Virus record (IMG/VR): IMGVR_UViG_3300045988_016630
Coordinates: 1 to 19,710 of that record
Origin: a virus
DNA: 19,710 nt
Reading direction: 5' to 3' (one strand)
Part shown: positions 6,822-14,680 of the stretch, piece after piece
How positions within the stretch are numbered: the stretch's first letter is position 1
Layout of the letters: the number at the start of each line of letters is the position of its first letter
The notes under the pieces: generated by a model
The model's input: the letters and a program-made list of their open reading frames with translations, nothing else
Database searches by the model: none
What the model was told of the DNA's origin: nothing
Position numbers and translations under genes: made by a program

Positions 6822-7634
6822 CTAGTGACCGAGATTGTAGGCAAGACTCGTGCTGTAAAGCTGTGGCACGTTGGTCATGTTGTCGCCACTGCCCCACATA
6901 CCTAAAAAGAGGTCTTCGAGCGAGTTAATGACCATCATGTCGATATTGAGCATGGTGTTACGCCAATCCTGCAACAGCTGTGACTGCGAACCACTGGTAC
7001 CGAACGTGTGTGACGTGCTGTTTCCTTTATCAGACGAATGCGCGTAATCCGTGTTGCTGGTACTGGATGCGGTGGCCGTGCTGTCCTGCTGGGTTGCCGT
7101 ATGCGTGTTGCCGGTTGAATCCGTCTGGCTTGCGGTGGTGGCGTACTTGCGAAAATCGTCGATACGGGTCTGCGGGAACTCCGAATTGAACGTCATGCTG
7201 GAATTGTCGGCGGTAGTGTCGGACGTGCTGTTAGCCGTAGACTCGTTAGACTGTGTGCCGCTCGATTTTCCGCTGGACTCGTTAACACTGGTAGAGTCCA
7301 TCGACTGCTTAATGTCGGACGTAATAAAGGGGTCGAACTCGCGCTGGGCGGACATATAGAGCTGGTTGAAATAGTCCATCTGCTCCCGCATGGTACGCCC
7401 CAAATAAAATATGAACATTTGCGGCGTTTCGCTACCGATTTCACGCAATGCGTAGTGCGCCACGATTTTCTCGTTCAATTTCGCCCTATAGTTTTCGTCG
7501 AAAATCGGATAATATCGGGCGCTCAAATGCAGTTTTTCATCCGTATCGAAACCACGATCGATGAGATTGCCAAGCGTCAACGTGTAATCCGCCATGCTGT
7601 CTTTGATGGCGTACATGCTCAAGTCCTGCACCAT
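6822..7634 (-). CDS. Lower collar protein, phi29 gp11-like
   Basis: The position directly after the portal gene (TAA-at-ATG) and the N-terminal segment YYPIFDENYRAKLNEKIVAHYALREIGSETPQMF match the remembered gp11-family pattern (P-I-F-D-E-x-Y-R...EIGxETP). Ser/Thr-rich middle. RBS ggaagaggaa. Confidence 0.75.
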   Translation of the reverse strand: MVQDLSMYAIKDSMADYTLTLGNLIDRGFDTDEKLHLSARYYPIFDENYRAKLNEKIVAHYALREIGSETPQMFIFYLGRTMREQMDYFNQLYMSAQREFDPFITSDIKQSMDSTSVNESSGKSSGTQSNESTANSTSDTTADNSSMTFNSEFPQTRIDDFRKYATTASQTDSTGNTHTATQQDSTATASSTSNTDYAHSSDKGNSTSHTFGTSGSQSQLLQDWRNTMLNIDMMVINSLEDLFLGMWGSGDNMTNVPQLYSTSLAYNLGH

Positions 7635-7636
7635 AT

Positions 7637-8575
7637 TTATTCCTCTTCCTTGTTTCCGTCAACGTCCAATAGACCACCGGACGTGGTGTCATTCCACTCG
7701 ATACCGATCGGCTTCCCGGAGTCGGCCATTTGCGGCCACAACCGGTTGATCGTGTCGCACGCCTGCTGACGCGCCTTCAAGTAGCTCAGGCGGAACACGT
7801 TCGTACGACTGTTTCCAGCCGTCACTTCCGACTCAAGCAACCTTTCTTTCTTCTCGGTGGTTGAATTGTCGATACCAAGATAGTTCACGAGCTCGTTCCA
7901 GATCTGCGTCTTCGTCGTGATGATCTTATCCGCCAAAAACGGGGTGACGTTCGGGAACGTCTGGAACATGCCAGTAATGTCAGCGCTATCGTACGTGTAA
8001 ATGTACGGGTCGCCGTCTTCACGAGCCTTCATCAAATTTTGGGCGGTCAATTTGTTGGTTTCGGACGTGGCGATAATCAACGGCACCGAAATATTGTCCA
8101 AATTCACGTCCAAAGCGCGGTCTGCGATAGCGAGTCGTGTGGCGTAATTCCACATGACGTCAATCATGGTGCAACGTAATTGGTTGTCCCAGATCGGCAC
8201 GCATTCCTTGCTCCCGATCTGCGGGTGGGAGTAGTTCGTGGCAACCGGTTGGAATGATGTCGGATTATTGTAGTTGTTGACTCCGCCGATATTGCCAGAC
8301 GTGACCATGAAACGATGCACCCCCTTACGTTTGTCGGGGAAAAAGAGCGCCAAACCGTTCTCGAATAGAGTCAGTTCCAAATATCTTTCATCAATGTACG
8401 GGGGTAGGTTAATCCATTTGAAACGGCTTACGGCCAGCATTTCAATCAATTTCATATATTGGTTGATGCGTAATGACTGCCGCATTTCAGGCAGGTTCAA
8501 ATTGCCCCACATGGATCCGAGCACGCTCTGATTATCCCAGTGAGCGGCCTTGCGCGCGTTATTGCGCTTGCTCAT
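7637..8575 (-). CDS. Head-tail connector (portal / upper collar) protein, phi29 gp10-like
   Basis: FKWINLPPYIDERYLELTLFENG compares with phi29 FEWENLPPTINPSFLEKSI. TEKKERLLESEV compares with LEKKERMVTDEV. Basic N-terminus (SKRNNARK). Start set to ATG 8575 (AGGAcggtgaccATG) rather than GTG 8581. Confidence 0.92.
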   Translation of the reverse strand: MSKRNNARKAAHWDNQSVLGSMWGNLNLPEMRQSLRINQYMKLIEMLAVSRFKWINLPPYIDERYLELTLFENGLALFFPDKRKGVHRFMVTSGNIGGVNNYNNPTSFQPVATNYSHPQIGSKECVPIWDNQLRCTMIDVMWNYATRLAIADRALDVNLDNISVPLIIATSETNKLTAQNLMKAREDGDPYIYTYDSADITGMFQTFPNVTPFLADKIITTKTQIWNELVNYLGIDNSTTEKKERLLESEVTAGNSRTNVFRLSYLKARQQACDTINRLWPQMADSGKPIGIEWNDTTSGGLLDVDGNKEEE

Positions 8576-8595
8576 GGTCACCGTCCTTAATATAA

Positions 8596-8629
8596 ATAAT
8601 GGAGAGAGCTATATAACTCTCTCCATTAT
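8596..8629 (-). other. Intercistronic 13-bp perfect hairpin between the tail-knob and portal genes
   Basis: ataatggagagag (8596-8608) pairs with ctctctccattat (8617-8629). On the minus strand it is followed by ttatatt. Possible partial terminator or mRNA-stability element. Confidence 0.5.
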
Positions 8630-8631
8630 AT

Positions 8632-10872
8632 CTAGTATGCGATACCGGCCAATGGCACGTTATCCGCATAATCGGTGACGCCGATCTTATCAGGATCAGT
8701 CCACACCGTCACGCCACTCTCGAAAATTCCCTTCACTGTCAGTCGGTACTCTTCGGGGCACGTGCTCGAACGCACGTACAATTCGTGCAGTTTCCAATAG
8801 GTGAAATTGCTCATTGCCATGAGATTTCCAGGCAATTTCATGAAGCGTTGCACATAGTATCCGTACCTTAACCACACTTCGCCAATGGCTTGCATGGCGG
8901 CCGGTGGTATCTGCCGGAACCGTACCAGCACGCCAATCAAACCGTTCGCGAGATTGAAAGCGTCACCGCCTAACGCGCCGGACGTGGTGGGTGGTACGGT
9001 TTGGGTCTGTTGCACCTGCGCGTTGATACCGGCGATAGTGTTCTCGTAGTCGCCTTGCGCCGTGGCCTGCGCCAATTGCTTGTTCATGTCCGCGAGCTGC
9101 ATAGTCTGCTGATTAGACAGATTGGTCTGCGCGAGACTGTAGGCGTTAGCCTGGGAAGTCGATGCATTGTTCGTGGTTTGCGTGTTCGCCAATTGTTGGT
9201 TAGCGGTCGATACGTTGTTGTCGTAAGTCATTTGGTTTGTCCACGCGCCGATAGCGGTGCCCGCGATGGCTCCGGCCACACCACCAATATTGCCCGTGGC
9301 GGCTGAGCCGACCGCGTTCGCCACACCACTGCCGATCGTGTTCAACTGTGCCATCTGGTTATTGAATCCGAGATTCTTCAACGTCAGATCGGTACCCATC
9401 TGTGCAGACTGGTTGCTGATCGCGTTCATGGCGTTGCGGTTCGACGTTCCAAGACGGTTTTGCTCACTCGCGTACTGTGTGCCGAGCTGGGCTTGAGCGT
9501 AGGCGTTATTGATGCCCATCTGGGTTTTCTGGAAACTCCAATCCGCGCTCTGCTGTGCGTATTGGCGCGTGTACGCGCTGTTCGCAAGCGCCAAAGCCGA
9601 GCCGTTGTTGACGGCCATGAATGTTGGGAAATTGGTTATGCCAAAGGACGCGTTGAGCATTTCGCCCGTATCGATCGGCAACCCTTTGCCGTCCGTCAAT
9701 GGCTGACGTTCGCCAAGGTTTCCCGCATGATATCCGCGCGCGTAGAAATTCAGGCGCGGAGACGGTGGCGCGTAATTCCATGACTCGCGGATAATCAGAT
9801 CGGCAGAAGGTATTTGTTCCGGCTCGTATGTGATCACGGTGCCGTTCAGGCACGAGCATTCGATATAGGCATATGGCGCTGTAAGGAACTTTTTCAGATA
9901 CTTGTAGCGTTCCGGCAACTGGAAAGTGTCGCGGAAATTCTTCAAGTTGATGATGTCCGTGTAGCGGGCGTTGCTATTGTCGTTTCTCTTGCGTAGTTCC
10001 CAACAATTGCCAATAAAACCTACGGAATGTCCGAAAAGTTCCGTTTTTTTCGGCTGACCGTCCAATAACGCTTGCGGCAGATGCGGCACGGCATAGATGC
10101 CGCAAATTCCCTGAGTGACCCATGGTGCGCTCATGCCTTCGGTGAAGAATGTGACAATATCGGCGGGCGTATCCAAATAGTACATGGATGTGCCATTAAG
10201 CTGACTCTCGAACGCGCTACCCGTTGCCGTGTTGACCACCGGATTATCTTTCGTACCGGTATCGGCTTCAAGATCGGTGGTGCTTACGATGATCAGCCCG
10301 TAGGATGTATATTTCACGCCATCATGAGCGCCAATATCCATGAGTGGTTTCCATGCTTCGTTGGTGAGTACGGTGCATTTGCCGGTGTCGAGTCCTTCGG
10401 GAAGATCCAGATACGTTTTCCCATAGTCTTTCCAGGCGTTCTCGTTCGCAACCCCCACATGGCCTCTTTCCACATAGGCGTTGCCAAGCTGGATATCGTG
10501 CTGAAACGACTGCCACACGTCCAGCTGGATATTGAGCTGAGTGGTGTGTGCGTTCACATAGTCGCATGTTTGGATGAAATAATACCAACTGCGGGGGGTG
10601 TCGAAATCATAGTCGTTCGTCGCGATCAGATAATTGTATTTCGACGCTTGCGCGAACGGCACCGGCAGTCGTACCGGAAGGCCATATTTAGCCATAGTGC
10701 AGTCGGTGAACTCGATACCGTCCAATCGGTCGAAATAATCTCTTTGAGCTTGCTCGCTCCATCTGACTATATCCCTGTAGCCCATGTCCCACGGGACGTT
10801 GCAGAGTTTGAATCGTGTGTTTGGTGTCCATTTCGCATAGCTGAAGTTTATAGGCAAGTCGTTCGCGCTCAT
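8632..10872 (-). CDS. Tail knob / distal tube protein, phi29 gp9-like (746 aa)
   Basis: N-terminus NVPWDMGYRDIVRW, WYYFIQTCDYVN..LNIQLDVWQSF and YVERGHV parallel phi29 gp9 (DVPFSNDYKNTRWF, WFYAFVTELEF..FEIDVLQTWMF, IVREHV). The C-terminus WLRYGYYVQR...GVTVWTDPDKIG compares with FHKYGYKINR...GITLWHTDNIG. Start at ATG 10872 with RBS AGGAGaactttt. Confidence 0.9.
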   Translation of the reverse strand: MSANDLPINFSYAKWTPNTRFKLCNVPWDMGYRDIVRWSEQAQRDYFDRLDGIEFTDCTMAKYGLPVRLPVPFAQASKYNYLIATNDYDFDTPRSWYYFIQTCDYVNAHTTQLNIQLDVWQSFQHDIQLGNAYVERGHVGVANENAWKDYGKTYLDLPEGLDTGKCTVLTNEAWKPLMDIGAHDGVKYTSYGLIIVSTTDLEADTGTKDNPVVNTATGSAFESQLNGTSMYYLDTPADIVTFFTEGMSAPWVTQGICGIYAVPHLPQALLDGQPKKTELFGHSVGFIGNCWELRKRNDNSNARYTDIINLKNFRDTFQLPERYKYLKKFLTAPYAYIECSCLNGTVITYEPEQIPSADLIIRESWNYAPPSPRLNFYARGYHAGNLGERQPLTDGKGLPIDTGEMLNASFGITNFPTFMAVNNGSALALANSAYTRQYAQQSADWSFQKTQMGINNAYAQAQLGTQYASEQNRLGTSNRNAMNAISNQSAQMGTDLTLKNLGFNNQMAQLNTIGSGVANAVGSAATGNIGGVAGAIAGTAIGAWTNQMTYDNNVSTANQQLANTQTTNNASTSQANAYSLAQTNLSNQQTMQLADMNKQLAQATAQGDYENTIAGINAQVQQTQTVPPTTSGALGGDAFNLANGLIGVLVRFRQIPPAAMQAIGEVWLRYGYYVQRFMKLPGNLMAMSNFTYWKLHELYVRSSTCPEEYRLTVKGIFESGVTVWTDPDKIGVTDYADNVPLAGIAY

Positions 10873-10883
10873 AAAAGTTCTCC

Positions 10884-10925
10884 TAAAAAATAATAGGTGT
10901 GGATAAAAGTCTATCCACACCTATT
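10884..10925 (-). terminator. Rho-independent terminator immediately after the major capsid gene
   Basis: 14-bp perfect stem aataggtgtggata (10892-10905) pairs with tatccacacctatt (10912-10925). On the minus strand it is followed by attttttagg. Confidence 0.85.
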
Positions 10926-10945
10926 TTACCGGCTAGTTATCATCG

Positions 10946-12661
10946 CTATGCGGTGACGGTGACCTTTGCCGTTCCGACAGCTCCCGCAAACTTCACAGTG
11001 ACGTTGGCGGTGCCCGCTGTGGTTCCGGTCAGCATTCCGTTAGGGGTGACGGTCGCGTGGGCGTCCACCGTCCACGTGGCGAGATTGGTGACGTCAGCGG
11101 TGTTGCCGTCCGTCTTGGTGGCGATCGCTTTAAGAGCCACATGGCCGTTCACTTTGACCGACTTTTCGCCTTGGATCTCAAGAGACTCGATGGCGCCGGC
11201 TTTCCAACCGCCAAGCCAAGTGCCGACCACCGGCACATCGAGCGCGGCGGAAACGGTCTGGTCGATTTCAGGCGTTGCCGGATTGATGTAGGTGGCCTGC
11301 GCGGTGACCTTAAGCGTTTCGGCGGTTTCATCCAAACCACAACGAAGGATACCGTCGTTATCAATGGTCGTGAACTGGGAGGTGGCGCCCTCGACGGCAT
11401 ACTTGATACCCTTTGGCTGGAATGTCGCCGTTTCCTCGTTGGCGCTCGTGATGGTGGACACCACTTGCACCAAGTCTCCACGCGACACGTTCTGCGGAGT
11501 GATGGCCGGCTGACCGTACTTCTGCACCTTCAACTCGAACGTCGGCGTGGAGGTGGTGAGCGTATCCGGCAGAGTCACGGACTCATTGGAGCCCTCACCC
11601 GTCCAGAACAGAATCGCGTTAGCAAAAGGATTAGGGGTGATGCTGCCACGATGCTTATAGAAGATATTGCGCGTGCCGTCAATCGGGTTCACGGGAGAAT
11701 TGGTGGTTTCCAGCATTTCATCCCAGCAGAAGAAAAAGTCTTCCGTGGTCAGCACTGCCTGAACCTTGCCGCCCTCTCCGCCGATACCGAACATATCCTC
11801 AGGAATCGGAATGATACGATACGGAACATTGACTTTATCAATGTTGAACGCGGCGGCCAATGCTTCGACATTGAGCGCGGCGATCACCTGCGGGGTCGCG
11901 AAGAGGATGGCTTCACTATCGCGCCACGGGGTCACCCAACTCATGGCGTTATATCGGGGCATGGCGCTCATTGGCGACGCCTTCAGCTCGTTCGCCATCT
12001 GCTGGATGAGGCGCAGTAGTCCCTTCGCGTCCGCTTCGGTCGAGTCGGCCTTGCCAACGTCCGGGGTATGCACACGGTAGAAACCACCCTTACGAGCGTA
12101 TTCCGCGAATGTCTGCGTCTTCATGAGATACATATCATTCCTATCCGAGAGGATAGGCGCGTTCATGATTTCAGCGATGTAGTCCGACATGCCGCTTTCG
12201 CCGTCGAATGCCGTAAGCAAGGCGTCTTCCGGGATGGTGACGGGGTAATAGTGGTCGAACGTGAGCGGGTGGAATACGCTTGCGGTCGGGAGCGAATAAC
12301 GCCCGTACACGTCGTCGCCTAAGTACTCTTTATTGAAATTGCGGGTGCGTGCCTTGACCAGGCCAACGGCGGCCTGCTCGTAAGTGGAGCCGTAGCGCTT
12401 GAGGGTGCGCGGTGAGCCGATCAGCTTGAGCGGGTCATCCCAGTCGGCGTGCTGGATATAGAGGCCGATCAGTCGCTGAATCAACACTCCAGTAAATTCG
12501 TCGCGAAGGTAGGGGAAGTTGCGCATGGTGTCCACGGCGTTCCGAATATTGCCTTGCGTTGCCGATGGGATACGGGTCTGGAACTGGGGGCTGGTGGCGT
12601 TGCGGACGGCGTTGAAGATCTCAACGTCACCCTTGCCCGCCAATGGTCGAATATTGGACAT
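10946..12661 (-). CDS. Major capsid protein, phi29 gp8-like, with two C-terminal Ig-like (BIG2-type) domains
   Basis: IFNAVRN, NPLK-type segment, EDALLTAF and IMNAPILSDRNDMYLMK are collinear with remembered gp8 (IVNAIRN, DDSLKTAF, NSAEVDEYEYMKL). The C-terminus has two beta-rich T/V/A-rich repeats (KYAVEGATSQFTTIDNDGILRC...LKVTAQA and WTVDAHATVTPNGMLTGTTAGTANVTVKFAG). Confidence 0.92.
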   Translation of the reverse strand: MSNIRPLAGKGDVEIFNAVRNATSPQFQTRIPSATQGNIRNAVDTMRNFPYLRDEFTGVLIQRLIGLYIQHADWDDPLKLIGSPRTLKRYGSTYEQAAVGLVKARTRNFNKEYLGDDVYGRYSLPTASVFHPLTFDHYYPVTIPEDALLTAFDGESGMSDYIAEIMNAPILSDRNDMYLMKTQTFAEYARKGGFYRVHTPDVGKADSTEADAKGLLRLIQQMANELKASPMSAMPRYNAMSWVTPWRDSEAILFATPQVIAALNVEALAAAFNIDKVNVPYRIIPIPEDMFGIGGEGGKVQAVLTTEDFFFCWDEMLETTNSPVNPIDGTRNIFYKHRGSITPNPFANAILFWTGEGSNESVTLPDTLTTSTPTFELKVQKYGQPAITPQNVSRGDLVQVVSTITSANEETATFQPKGIKYAVEGATSQFTTIDNDGILRCGLDETAETLKVTAQATYINPATPEIDQTVSAALDVPVVGTWLGGWKAGAIESLEIQGEKSVKVNGHVALKAIATKTDGNTADVTNLATWTVDAHATVTPNGMLTGTTAGTANVTVKFAGAVGTAKVTVTA

Positions 12662-12679
12662 TACTTATACCTTTCTGTT

Positions 12680-12970
12680 TTAGTCGAACAAATCTTCGAT
12701 GGACTCGCCATCATTGTCGCCGTCGCCATCATTGTCATTGTCGGACGGTGCGGGGTCATTGTAGCCGAGCGTGTCCATCATGGCTTTCAGTCCGGCCAAT
12801 TCCTTTTCGATCGCGTCAAGTCGAGCGGAAACGTCCGGCTCCTGCTTCGGCTCCGGATCCGGTTCGGGTTCTTTCGGCTTTACTTCATCATCTACGGTTT
12901 CAGTCTGCCGTTCCTCTTCGGTCGGCGGCGGAGTAGTGGTTTCCTCTCCGTCATTATCTGGGTCTGCCAT
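12680..12970 (-). CDS. Putative scaffolding protein (acidic, 96 aa; phi29 gp7 position)
   Basis: Very acidic, Pro/Glu/Asp-rich, with a central helix LDAIEKELAGLKAMMDTL. First gene of the late operon, directly upstream of the capsid gene. Start at ATG 12970 (ttAGGAGtttgtATG), not the TTG at 12985. Confidence 0.6.
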   Translation of the reverse strand: MADPDNDGEETTTPPPTEEERQTETVDDEVKPKEPEPDPEPKQEPDVSARLDAIEKELAGLKAMMDTLGYNDPAPSDNDNDGDGDNDGESIEDLFD

Positions 12971-13005
12971 ACAAACTCCTAACAATTGGCAATAGTTCCG
13001 CTAAA

Positions 13006-13014
13006 ATTATATCA
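13006..13014 (-). promoter_or_regulatory. Candidate late promoter, extended -10 TGaTATAAT without a recognisable -35
   Basis: The minus strand reads catGaTATAAT in full context cgacaTGaTATAATttt. It lies about 36 nt upstream of the scaffold ATG and immediately downstream of the early terminator. Confidence 0.5.
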
Positions 13015-13020
13015 TGTCGC

Positions 13021-13055
13021 AAGAAAATAAAATGACCCCGCAATCACGCGGGGTC
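13021..13055 (-). terminator. Rho-independent terminator ending the early operon
   Basis: gaccccgc (13034-13041) pairs with gcggggtc (13048-13055) around a 6-nt loop. On the minus strand it is followed by attttattttctt. Confidence 0.85.
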
Positions 13056-13195
13056 GAAACTGTCTTATGTGAGCGCGGGTTGAAAATCGTAGGGCACTAC
13101 CGCCACGATAGTGATGTTCACGGTCGGCGGCATTCTCAGCCGTGGCAGTCCGACTCATGTTGCTCCCAGTCGAAAATCGACGCTCAGGAAGACAC
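13021..13195 (-). ncRNA. Candidate structured non-coding RNA (about 170 nt) with its own promoter and terminator; possible packaging-RNA analogue
   Basis: No credible ORF. Extended -10 TGcTATAAT lies at 13200-13208. The predicted 5' end UGUCUU-CC-UGAGCG (13194-13181) is complementary to CGCUCA-CAU-AAGACA (13075-13061) just before the terminator hairpin. An internal helix ACUGCCAC/GUGGCGGU is possible (13149-13142 with 13106-13099). Folded by eye only. Confidence 0.4.
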
Positions 13196-13199
13196 AAGT

Positions 13200-13208
13200 A
13201 TTATAGCA
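13200..13208 (-). promoter_or_regulatory. Extended -10 promoter TGcTATAAT overlapping the DNA polymerase stop codon
   Basis: The minus strand reads ggtcaTGcTATAATacttgtg. The TAA stop of the polymerase lies inside the hexamer. Confidence 0.45.
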
Positions 13209-14652
13209 TGACCATTGTTCCGTAATCATCCATGACTTGCGTTCCATGCCTAAACTTCTCGTAGGGGATGGGCTGGGAAAACATGTTTCCGGCCATACAT
13301 ACGTCAACCTCTCCGTCTTCCCTCCATCCCTGATACCGGTTCATACCCAGGATAGTCAGTTTTTCGTATCGTGCGGCGATTTTCCACTTGCCTAGTTCGG
13401 TCGGGTGTATGTCGCATGATTTCACCGGCTCCCAACCGCTCAAAATACAACCGTCCGTATTCGCGTACAATAGCCGATCGGCGTTCGCATGGCACACGTC
13501 CATAAGCTTGCGGCGTGCATAAGCGTTGACCCACACGGGCACTGGCAGATAGTCGGTTTTCAGATTCGATCCCTCGCGCTGGGCGACATCCCAGTCCAAT
13601 GTTATGCCGTCTTTGGAGAAGGGGAGCATGACAGAACCCTTGGGCAGACTCGCCATTTTGCCGACCAGGGCGTTCATGATCAGTTTCGCCATCTGCCGTT
13701 TCTCGCCCGTCGTCCGTTGTTTCAACTCCCCCCATTCATCGATGAACGAACGGAAGAAACCTTTGGAGCGTCGGAATTTCCATCCGCGTACATGCCTATA
13801 TATGCTCACGTCATAGTTTTCATAAAGCAATTGTTGGTCAATGTCGGTCAAGACGCGCGTGACATATCCACGGGTTGAGGTGAGACGGTTCAGTCCGTAT
13901 ATACTGCGATTATCAAGTAGAAATGGGTAGCCGTTTGGCTTGAGTTCCGCACGAAACGTGAGTTCATCGCAATGCAATGGCATGTCATCATCTTGACTGT
14001 ATGCGCCTTCGTACGGTTCCGGTTCGCCCCACGGCAACCACTCGTCCCGCAAAATGCTCGGATACATTGAGTTGCAGTCAACGTCAATAGCCTTGCCGTA
14101 TGCCCCCTCTCTTGCGACCATGAAACCGCCGATATAGGCGTCATGCAACGATTTTTTATCCTCCGGTTCGAGCTGTGGAAATTTGTCGTAAAACCACTTC
14201 CACTCGCCGGACGCGAACGCCTCCATACTCGCGCCACCCGCCGTTATCTTACACAAACCACGGTTATCGTATTCGCGCAGAATGTTGAGCAATTGCATGT
14301 CAGGCATGGAGAGACGGCAATTCTCACGCAACAGATTCGATATATCGAAAAAACGTGCCGAGTTCTCACGGTCGATACGTGCCGTGAAGCTGAAAAACTT
14401 CCCCTTTTTTGAGATGATGGCGTCCCAGCTCAAGTTAGAGTTGTGTTCGTTGTGGGGCAATGCGTGTACGACGTGCGCTATAAATGGGTCAAGCAGTTCG
14501 GGACTAGTCACGTAGACGGTGAGTTTGCCGCCCGTCATTATGTACGCCAAAAGACTCTTAGGCGCGGTGACGTCACGCAAGACGGTTCCGTCCGTAAAGC
14601 GTATGACGTTATCCGCGCACCACAATCCAACTCGATTGTCTTGCCTGGTCAT
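13201..14652 (-). CDS. Protein-primed family B DNA polymerase, phi29 gp2-like (483 aa)
   Basis: Motif A DVDCNSMYPS, motif B KLIMNALVGKMAS, motif C LYANTDGC, and a KxY-like LGMNRY. TPR1/TPR2-like regions are collinear with phi29 (LPWGEPEPYEG vs LPYGEPIVFEG; FIDEWGELK vs FIDKWTYIK). Start set to ATG 14652, because the upstream ORF extension overlaps the terminal-protein gene. Confidence 0.93.
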   Translation of the reverse strand: MTRQDNRVGLWCADNVIRFTDGTVLRDVTAPKSLLAYIMTGGKLTVYVTSPELLDPFIAHVVHALPHNEHNSNLSWDAIISKKGKFFSFTARIDRENSARFFDISNLLRENCRLSMPDMQLLNILREYDNRGLCKITAGGASMEAFASGEWKWFYDKFPQLEPEDKKSLHDAYIGGFMVAREGAYGKAIDVDCNSMYPSILRDEWLPWGEPEPYEGAYSQDDDMPLHCDELTFRAELKPNGYPFLLDNRSIYGLNRLTSTRGYVTRVLTDIDQQLLYENYDVSIYRHVRGWKFRRSKGFFRSFIDEWGELKQRTTGEKRQMAKLIMNALVGKMASLPKGSVMLPFSKDGITLDWDVAQREGSNLKTDYLPVPVWVNAYARRKLMDVCHANADRLLYANTDGCILSGWEPVKSCDIHPTELGKWKIAARYEKLTILGMNRYQGWREDGEVDVCMAGNMFSQPIPYEKFRHGTQVMDDYGTMVML

Positions 14653-14680
14653 GGTATAACTATCCTTTATTTGCCGTCCG

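Noticed and set aside
10072-12019. Long plus-strand ORFs (10072..10893, 273 aa; 11057..12019, 320 aa). The same applies to 4915..5547, 15684..16295 and 16571..17095.
   Set aside because: They lie entirely antisense to genes with clear phi29-family homology. They have no RBS and Arg/Gly/His-rich compositions typical of shadow frames. No promoter is visible on the plus strand.
13012-13197. 61-aa minus-strand ORF downstream of the polymerase gene
   Set aside because: It is TTG-initiated without an RBS, runs straight through the rho-independent terminator and the late promoter, and has an Arg/Ser/Ala-rich composition. The region is better explained as non-coding (see the ncRNA candidate).
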